DNA of 64,000 bases from a virus (Duplodnaviria; Heunggongvirae; Uroviricota; Caudoviricetes). Position numbers and translations under genes: made by a program. Where the stretch lies: the IMG/VR virus record IMGVR_UViG_2875703104_000004, one strand, 5' to 3'. Shown one piece after another: positions 32,218-39,411 of this stretch. The notes below the pieces were generated by a model. It worked only from the letters and a program-made list of their open reading frames with translations. It was not told the origin of the DNA and searched no databases. Position 1 is the stretch's first letter. Every line of letters begins with the position of its first letter.

Positions 32218-32543
32218 AAACCTTTCGCTGGAAAGTGAAGCCGGATATGGAGGTGAACTCGCAGCCATCGGTGCGTGAAGTGCGTTTTGGTGACGGGTAC
32301 TCACAGCGTATGGCGGCAGGGCTGAATGCTGACCTGAAAACATACAGGGTGACGCTTTCCGTGACCCGGGAGGAGGCCCGGCATCTGGAAGCGTTCCTGG
32401 CAGAGCACGGTGGCTGGAAGGCATTTTTGTGGAAGCCACCCTATGCATACCGGCAGATAAAGGTGACCTGTGCCGGGTGGTCTGCGCGGGTCGGGATGTT
32501 GCGCGTTGAGTTCAGCGCGGAGTTTAAGCAGGTGGTGAACTGA
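32214..32543 (+). CDS. M: minor tail protein M
   Basis: Paralogue of 10051..10380. Confidence 0.85.
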   Translation: MKTFRWKVKPDMEVNSQPSVREVRFGDGYSQRMAAGLNADLKTYRVTLSVTREEARHLEAFLAEHGGWKAFLWKPPYAYRQIKVTCAGWSARVGMLRVEFSAEFKQVVN

Positions 32544-33178
32544 TGCAGGATATTCGCGAAGAAAGTCTGAACGAGTCGGTTAAGTCAGAGCAGTCACCGC
32601 GGGTGGTACTCTGGGAAATCGACCTGACGGTACAGGGTGGTGAGCGGTATTTTTTCTGTAATGAGCTGAATGAAAAAGGGGAGCCGGTCACCTGGCAGGG
32701 GCGTAAGTATGAGGCATACCCGATTGACGGCAGCGGCTTTGAGATGAACGGCCGGGGCAGCAGTGCCAGACCGTCGCTGACGGTGTCGGTCCGCCGCCGG
32801 GTGTATGCCCGTTTTCTGGATGCGGTGAATTTCGTTGCGGGCAATCCGGAGGCGGACCCGGAGCAGGAGCTGAGTGACCGCTGGGTGGTGGAGCAGATGT
32901 CGCAGCTGACAGCCATGACGGCCTCGTTTGTGCTGGCTACACCGACCGAGACGGACGGGGCGCTGTTTCCCGGTCGCATCATGCTGGCGAACACCTGTAT
33001 GTGGGATTACCGGGGAGATGAATGCGGGTATAACGGTCCTGCGGTGGCGGATGAGTTCGATAAACCCACCACGGATATCCGTAAGGACAGATGCAGCAAG
33101 TGCATGCGCGGGTGTGAACTGCGCAGGAATGTCGGCAATTTTGGCGGTTTCCTTTCCATTAATAAACTTTCGCAGTAA
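32543..33178 (+). CDS. L: minor tail protein L (21 codons shorter than the other copies)
   Basis: 211-aa ORF; lacks the segment NLFGLVTGMAEDLQSLVGATV present in the other L copies. Confidence 0.75.
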   Translation: MQDIREESLNESVKSEQSPRVVLWEIDLTVQGGERYFFCNELNEKGEPVTWQGRKYEAYPIDGSGFEMNGRGSSARPSLTVSVRRRVYARFLDAVNFVAGNPEADPEQELSDRWVVEQMSQLTAMTASFVLATPTETDGALFPGRIMLANTCMWDYRGDECGYNGPAVADEFDKPTTDIRKDRCSKCMRGCELRRNVGNFGGFLSINKLSQ

Positions 33179-33374
33179 ATCCCGGTTTATGAGGCAGTCT
33201 GTGTTATGTATCTTCTTTCGGGTGGGTACAGGGCAGTGCGCGATTTCTGGCGCAGGCAGATTGATAAAAGGGCCGCTGAGAGAATCAGCGCCAGTCAGTC
33301 AGCCGGAAGCAAACCCGAAGATCCGCTCATTCCGTAGTCACTTTCTTGACAACACCTTTCAACGAGAAAATCCC

Positions 33375-33620
33375 ATGTCAGAAATCACATCCCTGGTCAC
33401 TGCTGAGGCAGTGAAGGAAGTCCTGCGCTCTGAAGAAGTCCNGAGNGCACTGAAACAGAAACTCCGCCAGAACCTTGAGNCGCGTCTTGATGCAGAAGTG
33501 GATGCCATTCTGGATGAGCTGCTGGGCGTACCAGCGGTTCCGGAGCCGGAAGGTATCGCGGGTGACGGGAGTGCTTCAGATGGCGGTGAACCCACACCTG
33601 ACAGCGACATGATGATGTAA
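33375..33620 (+). CDS. hypothetical small acidic protein
   Basis: 82-codon ORF starting [17 protein letters not shown] with a strongly acidic C-terminus; contains ambiguous bases; no match recognised. Confidence 0.3.
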   Translation: MSEITSLVTAEAVKEVLRSEEVXXALKQKLRQNLEXRLDAEVDAILDELLGVPAVPEPEGIAGDGSASDGGEPTPDSDMMM

Positions 33621-33696
33621 GCCTGCGCAAGGGACCATCGGTGTGTGCCGGTGGTCTTTATATTGTTGTGAGCTTCCGGATAACGGGAGACGGGGT

Positions 33697-34062
33697 ATGT
33701 ACCAGATGGAAAAAATCACAACAGGTGTGTCATACACCACGTCAGCGGTGGGAACGGGCTACTGGTTCCTGCAGTTGCTGGACAGGGTTTCCCCGTCTCA
33801 GTGGGCGGCAATAGGCGTGCTGGGGAGTCTGCTGTTTGNNNNNNNNNNNNNNNNNNNNNAAAAAATCACAACAGGTGTGTCATACACCACGTCAGCGGTG
33901 GGAACGGGCTACTGGTTCCTGCAGTTGCTGGACAGGGTTTCCCCGTCTCAGTGGGCGGCAATAGGCGTGCTGGGGAGTCTGCTGTTTGGGCTGCTGACAT
34001 ATCTGACTAACCTGTATTTCAAAATCAGAGAGGACCGGCGTAAGGCGGCGCGGGGAGAGTAA
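33697..34062 (+). CDS. S: class II holin / pinholin (phage 21 S-like); ORF inflated by a redundant block around an N-run
   Basis: [26 protein letters not shown]...[40 protein letters not shown]: two TM segments, charged C-terminus, dual-start M..M; 33711-33838 repeated after the N-run 33839-33859. Confidence 0.75.
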   Translation: MYQMEKITTGVSYTTSAVGTGYWFLQLLDRVSPSQWAAIGVLGSLLFXXXXXXXXKITTGVSYTTSAVGTGYWFLQLLDRVSPSQWAAIGVLGSLLFGLLTYLTNLYFKIREDRRKAARGE

Positions 34063-34066
34063 AGCG

Positions 34067-34417
34067 ATGAAGAAAAAATACGAACTGGTTGTTAAAGGGA
34101 TAAATAATTACCCGGATAAGATTACTGTTACTGTGGCACTGGAAGTTGGTGGGTATCCGTCACTGTTGTTGCCAGATGTGGCGATTAGTCTTGACCGTAC
34201 TGAAGGTGCCACGCTGGAGTTTTACGAAGCTGAGGCGAAAAAGCAGGCGAAGCAGTTTTTCATGGATGTTGCTGCCGGGTTATGTGAAGGGAACGAACCG
34301 TTGCCGGAAAAGCGCCCCGTGATTTTAGAGGCGCAGAATGTATGGATAACCTACAAAGGAAATCTACCGGGAAGAATTACTGGTTCTCTGAAGACTCCAC
34401 CGGAATCACAACCTTAA
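34067..34417 (+). CDS. hypothetical protein between holin and endolysin
   Basis: 116-aa ORF starting 5 bp after the holin stop; no signal peptide or TM segment; no family recognised. Confidence 0.5.
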   Translation: MKKKYELVVKGINNYPDKITVTVALEVGGYPSLLLPDVAISLDRTEGATLEFYEAEAKKQAKQFFMDVAAGLCEGNEPLPEKRPVILEAQNVWITYKGNLPGRITGSLKTPPESQP

Positions 34418-34480
34418 TTCACTGACCGGAACAGATAAACCTGTCCGTGGGCAGAAACCGATAAATCCTGATAAATATCC

Positions 34481-35014
34481 ATGAACGCAAAAATCAGATA
34501 CGGCCTGTCGGCTGCCGTTCTGGCGCTGATTGCCGCTGGTGCGCCTGCGCCTGACATTCTCGACCAGTTTCTGGATGAAAAGGAAGGTAACCACACCACG
34601 GCATACCGTGATGGTGCGGGGATCTGGACCATCTGCCGTGGTGCCATCATGGTGGATGGTAAACCTGTTGTTCCAGGCATGAAGTTGTCGAAGGCAAAAT
34701 GCGACCGGGTTAACGCCATTGAGCGTGATAAGGCGCTGGCATGGGTGGAGAAAAACATCAGAGTGCCACTGACCGAACCCCAGAAAGCGGGGATCGCGTC
34801 ATTCTGTCCGTACAACATTGGTCCCGGTAAGTGTTTCCCGTCGACGTTTTACAGACGAATTAATGCAGGTGATCGAAAAGGTGCCTGCGAAGCGATTCGC
34901 TGGTGGATTAAGGACGGTGGCAGAGACTGCCGTATTCGTTCAAACAACTGTTACGGTCAGGTATCCCGTCGCGACCAGGAGAGTGCGCTGGCGTGCTGGG
35001 GAATTGACAGATAA
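34481..35014 (+). CDS. R: SAR endolysin (T4-lysozyme-like, GH24)
   Basis: N-terminal weakly hydrophobic Ala/Gly-rich segment YGLSAAVLALIAAGAPAP; catalytic E-x8-D-x5-T in EGNHTTAYRDGAGIWT. Confidence 0.8.
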   Translation: MNAKIRYGLSAAVLALIAAGAPAPDILDQFLDEKEGNHTTAYRDGAGIWTICRGAIMVDGKPVVPGMKLSKAKCDRVNAIERDKALAWVEKNIRVPLTEPQKAGIASFCPYNIGPGKCFPSTFYRRINAGDRKGACEAIRWWIKDGGRDCRIRSNNCYGQVSRRDQESALACWGIDR

Positions 35015-35105
35015 GCAGAATATTTTGCTGAAAAATGCGGTTTGCTCACACGGACGGATAACACGAAATCCTGCGAACTGACAAAAACTAAGTGAATAAA
35101 AGTAA

Positions 35106-35140
35106 AAACCCCGTTTGTTGGCTGCAAGCGGGGTTTTGTG
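35106..35140 (+). terminator. terminator-like hairpin downstream of the endolysin
   Basis: aaccccg...cggggtt stem followed by TTTTGTGTTT. Confidence 0.4.
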
Positions 35141-35173
35141 TTTCCTGACTCTGGAAAAGTCAAAGGAGAAAGT

Positions 35174-35311
35174 GTGTTTGATTTTAGCAAACTGATTCGG
35201 GAGATTCGAGTGATGGCTGAAAAATTATCCACCTGGAAGTTCATTCTTATCTGGCTGGTGTTTGTGATTATGGCCTCCGGTTATTTCATCGGTCAGATAC
35301 GCTGGTGGTGA
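35174..35311 (+). CDS. hypothetical 45-aa single-pass membrane peptide
   Basis: GTG start 5 nt after [50 protein letters not shown]; stop 1 nt before the Rz ATG. Confidence 0.4.
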   Translation: MFDFSKLIREIRVMAEKLSTWKFILIWLVFVIMASGYFIGQIRWW

Positions 35312-35312
35312 A

Positions 35313-35807
35313 ATGAACCGCGTACTGTGCGTGGTCATCATTGCCCTGCTGGTGGCCTGTGGTGCGCTTAGTCTGGGGCTGAATCATTACCGTGATAACG
35401 CCATAACCTACAAAGCCCAGCGCGACAAAAATGTCAGAGAACTGAAGCTGGCGAACGCGGCAATTACTGACATGCAGATGCGTCAGCGTGATGTTGCTGC
35501 GCTCGATGCAAAATACTCGAGGGAATTAGCCGATGCGAGAGCTGAAAATGAAACTCTTCGCGCTGACGTTGCCGCTGGTCGTAAGCGCCTGCGTATCAAC
35601 GCCACCTGTCCAGGTCCCGTGCGTGAAGCCACCGGTACCGCCCGCGTGGATAATGCAACCGGCCCCCAACTGGCAGACACCGCTGAACGGGATTATTTCA
35701 TCCTCAGAGAACGGCTGATGACAATGCAGAAGCAGCTGGAAGGGGCGCAGGAATATATCCGCACTCAGTGCACTAAGCTGGCTTTTTATTATCCGGAGGA
35801 TACATGA
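35313..35807 (+). CDS. Rz: i-spanin Rz
   Basis: N-terminal TM segment then [42 protein letters not shown], coiled-coil rich, as in lambda Rz. Confidence 0.85.
   Translation: MNRVLCVVIIALLVACGALSLGLNHYRDNAITYKAQRDKNVRELKLANAAITDMQMRQRDVAALDAKYSRELADARAENETLRADVAAGRKRLRINATCPGPVREATGTARVDNATGPQLADTAERDYFILRERLMTMQKQLEGAQEYIRTQCTKLAFYYPEDT
35533..35718 (+). CDS. Rz1: o-spanin Rz1, embedded in the +1 frame of Rz
   Basis: [15 protein letters not shown] lipobox, then Pro-rich [27 protein letters not shown]. Confidence 0.8.
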   Translation: MRELKMKLFALTLPLVVSACVSTPPVQVPCVKPPVPPAWIMQPAPNWQTPLNGIISSSENG

Positions 35808-36028
35808 AGAAATTACGGGTAACCGTAGAACCTTTTCAGGGAACAATTCCGTTCCGTATTTTGCAGCGTGGTCGTGTTCTTGTTGAAGGTTCGTTCAGTG
35901 GTAAATGTACGCAATTACACTCCCGGACCTTTCAGGTGAATGCCACGAATGAAGAGCTAACCGTGGAGTGTACGATGAATGCCGCTAAATGCCGCATGGT
36001 ATCCGCTGCATTACAGCCAGTGTGTTGA
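35804..36028 (+). CDS. hypothetical protein overlapping the Rz stop
   Basis: 74-aa ORF whose ATG overlaps the Rz stop (ATGA); no signal peptide; no family recognised. Confidence 0.35.
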   Translation: MKKLRVTVEPFQGTIPFRILQRGRVLVEGSFSGKCTQLHSRTFQVNATNEELTVECTMNAAKCRMVSAALQPVC

Positions 36029-36226
36029 GCGACCTTATTATCCATGCGCGGTATTGTCGCCGTATTCCTGCATTAACAGAGACCGCAGCCCGACAGGGAG
36101 ACTCCTCTGCGCGAGTGTGCGGGGATAATCAAAAACGATACACACCGGGGTTTACCGCGTTAACGGAGCGCGGCGTTGTCCCCTCATAGTCGCCTGTCCG
36201 GTGCGATGGTGGAAGAAACCGAACGT

Positions 36227-36427
36227 TCATTTCTCGTTATTTGTCATGCTGGTCGGGCGCAGATGCGTTGCATCTGTTGCCAGCCTTCTCCTGCAGGCTT
36301 CAATAACCCACGCTGAAAAGTTACCGGACCCTTTATGCTCAAGGGCTATGTTGATTTGTTCAATTATGTGATTGGGGAAACGGATATTGCGGGTTGTGGT
36401 TCTGCGGGTCCGGTTTTTCGATGACAT
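36227..36427 (-). CDS. small basic protein, possible ribbon-helix-helix DNA-binding protein
   Basis: 66-aa ORF MSSKNRTRRTTTRNIRFPNHIIEQINIALEHKGSGNFSAWVIEACRRRL with AGGA RBS 7 nt upstream; divergent from the HNH gene. Confidence 0.35.
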   Translation of the reverse strand: MSSKNRTRRTTTRNIRFPNHIIEQINIALEHKGSGNFSAWVIEACRRRLATDATHLRPTSMTNNEK

Positions 36428-36468
36428 ATTTATTTCCTTTACTGATTGCCATATGACGGGGATTTTAC

Positions 36469-36834
36469 ATGGCTGAGCTTCGTACACTCCAGAGCAGAAT
36501 CAAAACACTGAATACCCGACGGGTGAATATTCTGAAGGGGGAACAGCGTCGTGTCAGTGGCAGTGCACGTGTTTCCCTCAAGCGTCATATCTGGCTGAGG
36601 GACGCCGGGCAGTGCTGTATCTGTGGTCGTGTGGTTGACCTCTGTGACAGTGAACTCGATCACCGAATTGCACTTCAGTTCGGTGGTGGTAATGAGGAGA
36701 CGAATCTCTGGACGCTCTGTACCGAATGCCATCGACAAAAGTCTGCTCGTGAAGCGGCGGGTGGTATGCCGGACCCGACGCTGCCGGAGGTGTCCGGAGG
36801 TAGTGACAGAGCGGACGACATCATCGGACTGTAA
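36469..36834 (+). CDS. HNH endonuclease, packaging-associated type
   Basis: CCICG..(n)..DHRIALQFGG..NLWTLCTECHRQK is an HNH zinc-finger nuclease motif; located immediately upstream of the terminase genes. Confidence 0.8.
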   Translation: MAELRTLQSRIKTLNTRRVNILKGEQRRVSGSARVSLKRHIWLRDAGQCCICGRVVDLCDSELDHRIALQFGGGNEETNLWTLCTECHRQKSAREAAGGMPDPTLPEVSGGSDRADDIIGL

Positions 36835-36926
36835 CCCGACCCGGGGGGGGTATCATCCGGCGTAAAAAACGATCGCTTTGGACACCGCGCCCCCTCTCAC
36901 GCAGAGAAAAAATTCCCGTTTCAGGG

Positions 36927-37052
36927 CAGTTAACATGTTAACTGGCTGCCCGGGCATTTTTGCGGTTTTTATCTTTATTATTCAGTTTGTTGTGCGGAAA
37001 AAATGTTAACAGGCTTTTTCAGCAAATGTTAACCAGGCAGCAGTTAACATTT
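36927..37052. promoter_or_regulatory. cluster of GTTAAC-containing repeats (candidate cos / terminase recognition region)
   Basis: 18-bp palindrome cagttaacatgttaactg at 36927-36944, aaatgttaac at about 37001 and 37024, inverted copy gttaacattt at about 37043. Confidence 0.45.
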
Positions 37053-37125
37053 GCGGCATGAGACGCCGGGGAAAAATGGGCTGAACCATACCCGGCTGAG
37101 TGCGTTCTGGACCCGGGAGGAGGCT

Positions 37126-37689
37126 GTGCTGACAACGCAAAAACGAAAATTTGCGCTGGCGCTCATGTCCGGGAAAAACAAAACAGCGTCAGCCATTGCC
37201 GCCGGTTATTCGGCGAAGACCGCCAGGGTTAAAGGCTCGCAGCTGGCAAAAGATCCGGAGGTGCTTGCGTTTATAGCCCGTAAACAATGCGAGACGGTGG
37301 AGGTGGATGAGGTTCCTGTTTACCGGCAGAAAAAATCAGAGCAGGAGGATAAACCCCGTCGCCGTGAGGCGGCTGCAATACCTCAGCCGGACGAAAATAA
37401 TCCGGAGATGCCACCGTCCGCGGTGATGTCTCCTGGTATTGAATATATGGAGGATGGTCTTCCCGATCCGGTGAAAGCCATGGGGCGGATCCTGGTGGAA
37501 AACCTCTGCATTGATCCGAAACTGGCACTGGATGCGGCCTGGCGTCTGGCGCAGTTCACGCACCATAAAAAAGGGGATACCGGGAAAAAATCGGCAAAAG
37601 GTGATGCCGCGAAAAAAGCGGCTAACCGTTTTGCGGTGCCACCGCCACCCCGACTGGTGGTGAATAACGATAATGAGGGCAACGGATGA
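37126..37689 (+). CDS. terminase small subunit
   Basis: GTG start after GGGAGGAGG; TTQKRKFALALMSGKNKTASAIAAGYSAKTARVKGSQLAKDPEV is the typical TerS HTH. Confidence 0.75.
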   Translation: MLTTQKRKFALALMSGKNKTASAIAAGYSAKTARVKGSQLAKDPEVLAFIARKQCETVEVDEVPVYRQKKSEQEDKPRRREAAAIPQPDENNPEMPPSAVMSPGIEYMEDGLPDPVKAMGRILVENLCIDPKLALDAAWRLAQFTHHKKGDTGKKSAKGDAAKKAANRFAVPPPPRLVVNNDNEGNG

Positions 37690-39347
37690 TACCTGTATGG
37701 AGCACAGCCTGCCCGGACTGGGCAGAGCGCCTGAAAAAGGGGCTGTCGATTATTCCGGATCCGATTTATCCGGACGAGGCCGCACATGCCCTGGCGATTT
37801 TTAAACAACTGCGGATTGTGGATGCACCTGGTAGCCCGACGTTCGGGGAGTCCTGTGCACCGTGGGTGTTTGACCTGGTGGCGGCCCTGTTTGGCTCCTA
37901 CGATGCGCAGACCGGTGTACGCCATATCAAGGAAGTTTTTATCCTTATCCCCAAGAAAAACTCGAAGTCCACGCTGGCCGCGGGGATCATGATGACTGCA
38001 CTGTTACTGAACTGGCGGCAGGCGGCGGGTTACACGATTCTGGCCCCGACTGTGGAGGTGGCGGCCAACGCCTTCAACCCTGCCCGGGATATGGTACGAC
38101 GTGACGATGATCTGGATGACCTCTGCCAGGTACAGACCCATATCCGGACCATCACCCACAGGGTGACAGACACCACCCTGAAGGTGGTGGCTGCCGATCC
38201 GAATACGGTGTCCGGTATCAAGTCCGTGGGTACGCTGATTGATGAGTTGTGGCTGTTTGGCAAGCAGTGCAAGGCGGAGGACATGTTACGTGAAGCCATA
38301 GGCGGCCTTGCCTCCCGCCCGGAAGGGTTTGTGGTGTATACGACCACCCAGTCGAATGAACCGCCTGCCGGGGTGTTCAGACAGAAACTGCAGTACGCCC
38401 GGGATGTGCGCGACGGCAAAATTCATGATCCGCACTTTCTGCCGGTGATATTTGAACACCCTCCTGAAATGGTGGAAAGCGGGGCTCACCTGCTGATGGA
38501 AAACCTCGCCATGGTCAATCCGAATCTCGGCTATTCAGTGGATGAGGCCTTTCTGTACCGGGAGTACCGTAAAGCCCGGGAAGCCGGTGAAGAGACATTC
38601 CGGGGGTTCATGTCAAAACACGCCAATGTGGAAATTGGTCTTGCCCTGCGCTCTGACCGCTGGGCGGGGGCTGATTTCTGGGAAGAGCAGGGCCGTTGTA
38701 TCAGCCTGGACGATATCCTGCGTCGTGCTGATGTGGTGACGGTGGGGATTGACGGCGGAGGGCTGGATGATCTGCTGGGGATGTATGTGATTGGGCGTGA
38801 CCGGGAGACCCGCGAATGGCTGGGCTGGGGCCATGCCTGGGCGCATGAAACCGCGGTGGTCCGACGGAAGAGCGAGGCGTCCCGGTTTCAGGATCTTGTT
38901 GCCTGTGGAGATATGACCATTGTCCGGCGTGTCGGGGATGACACGGCGGAAGTGGCGGAATATGTGCGTCGCATTCATGAGGCTGAGTTACTGGACCATA
39001 TCGGTATTGACCCGTCAGGGGTGGGGCAGATTCTGGATTCACTGGCGGAAGCCGGGATCCCCGACGGAATTGTGGTGGGGATAAGCCAGGGCTGGAAGCT
39101 GGGCGGGGCCATCAAAACCACCGAGCGCAAACTGGCTGAAGGGGTACTGGTGCATGGTGGCCAGCCCCTGATGGCCTGGTGTGTCGGCAATGCCCGGGTG
39201 GAGCCTAAAGGTAACGCCATCCTTATTACCAAACAGGCCAGCGGACGGGGAAAAATTGACCCGCTGATGGCGCTCTTCAATGCGGTGTCCCTGATGTCCC
39301 TGAATCCGGAACCGAAAAAGAAAGCGTATGAGGTTTTTTTCATATAA
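37686..39347 (+). CDS. terminase large subunit (HK97-type)
   Basis: 553-aa ORF with Walker-A-like LIPKKNSKSTLAAGIMMTALL and a C-terminal nuclease-like region; overlaps the TerS stop. Confidence 0.8.
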   Translation: MIPVWSTACPDWAERLKKGLSIIPDPIYPDEAAHALAIFKQLRIVDAPGSPTFGESCAPWVFDLVAALFGSYDAQTGVRHIKEVFILIPKKNSKSTLAAGIMMTALLLNWRQAAGYTILAPTVEVAANAFNPARDMVRRDDDLDDLCQVQTHIRTITHRVTDTTLKVVAADPNTVSGIKSVGTLIDELWLFGKQCKAEDMLREAIGGLASRPEGFVVYTTTQSNEPPAGVFRQKLQYARDVRDGKIHDPHFLPVIFEHPPEMVESGAHLLMENLAMVNPNLGYSVDEAFLYREYRKAREAGEETFRGFMSKHANVEIGLALRSDRWAGADFWEEQGRCISLDDILRRADVVTVGIDGGGLDDLLGMYVIGRDRETREWLGWGHAWAHETAVVRRKSEASRFQDLVACGDMTIVRRVGDDTAEVAEYVRRIHEAELLDHIGIDPSGVGQILDSLAEAGIPDGIVVGISQGWKLGGAIKTTERKLAEGVLVHGGQPLMAWCVGNARVEPKGNAILITKQASGRGKIDPLMALFNAVSLMSLNPEPKKKAYEVFFI

Positions 39348-39372
39348 CCCTGCTCACCCTGTAACCATCATG

Positions 39373-39396
39373 AACCGCTGCGGCGGTTTTTTTTAT
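39373..39396 (+). terminator. rho-independent terminator after TerL
   Basis: aaccgc-tgcg-gcggtt hairpin followed by a T8 run. Confidence 0.55.
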
Positions 39397-39411
39397 TTTC
39401 AGGAGGCTGAT

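Noticed and set aside
1-33178. The two lambda-type modules being exact assembly duplicates of one prophage
   Set aside because: They differ by many substitutions (D, E, FI, V and others) and by indels in H, so they are distinct paralogous prophage modules; only the shared 116-bp duplication in B remains unexplained.
33343-33374. Sigma-70 promoter upstream of ORF 33375..33620 (TTGACA at 33346-33351)
   Set aside because: A good -35 hexamer is present but no acceptable -10 hexamer lies at 16-18 bp spacing.
33180-36230. Shiga toxin or other AB toxin genes beside the lysis cassette
   Set aside because: The ORFs around the holin and endolysin are short (45-116 aa) and lack signal-peptide-bearing A/B subunit features; the Q/late-promoter region upstream is not in the window in recognisable form.
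36439-36738. 99-aa minus-strand ORF overlapping the HNH endonuclease gene
   Set aside because: It is fully antisense to the HNH coding region, which carries a clear conserved motif.
36469-36834. HNH endonuclease as a restriction or defence nuclease
   Set aside because: Its position directly upstream of TerS/TerL matches the packaging-associated HNH of HK97-like phages; no methyltransferase or specificity gene is adjacent.
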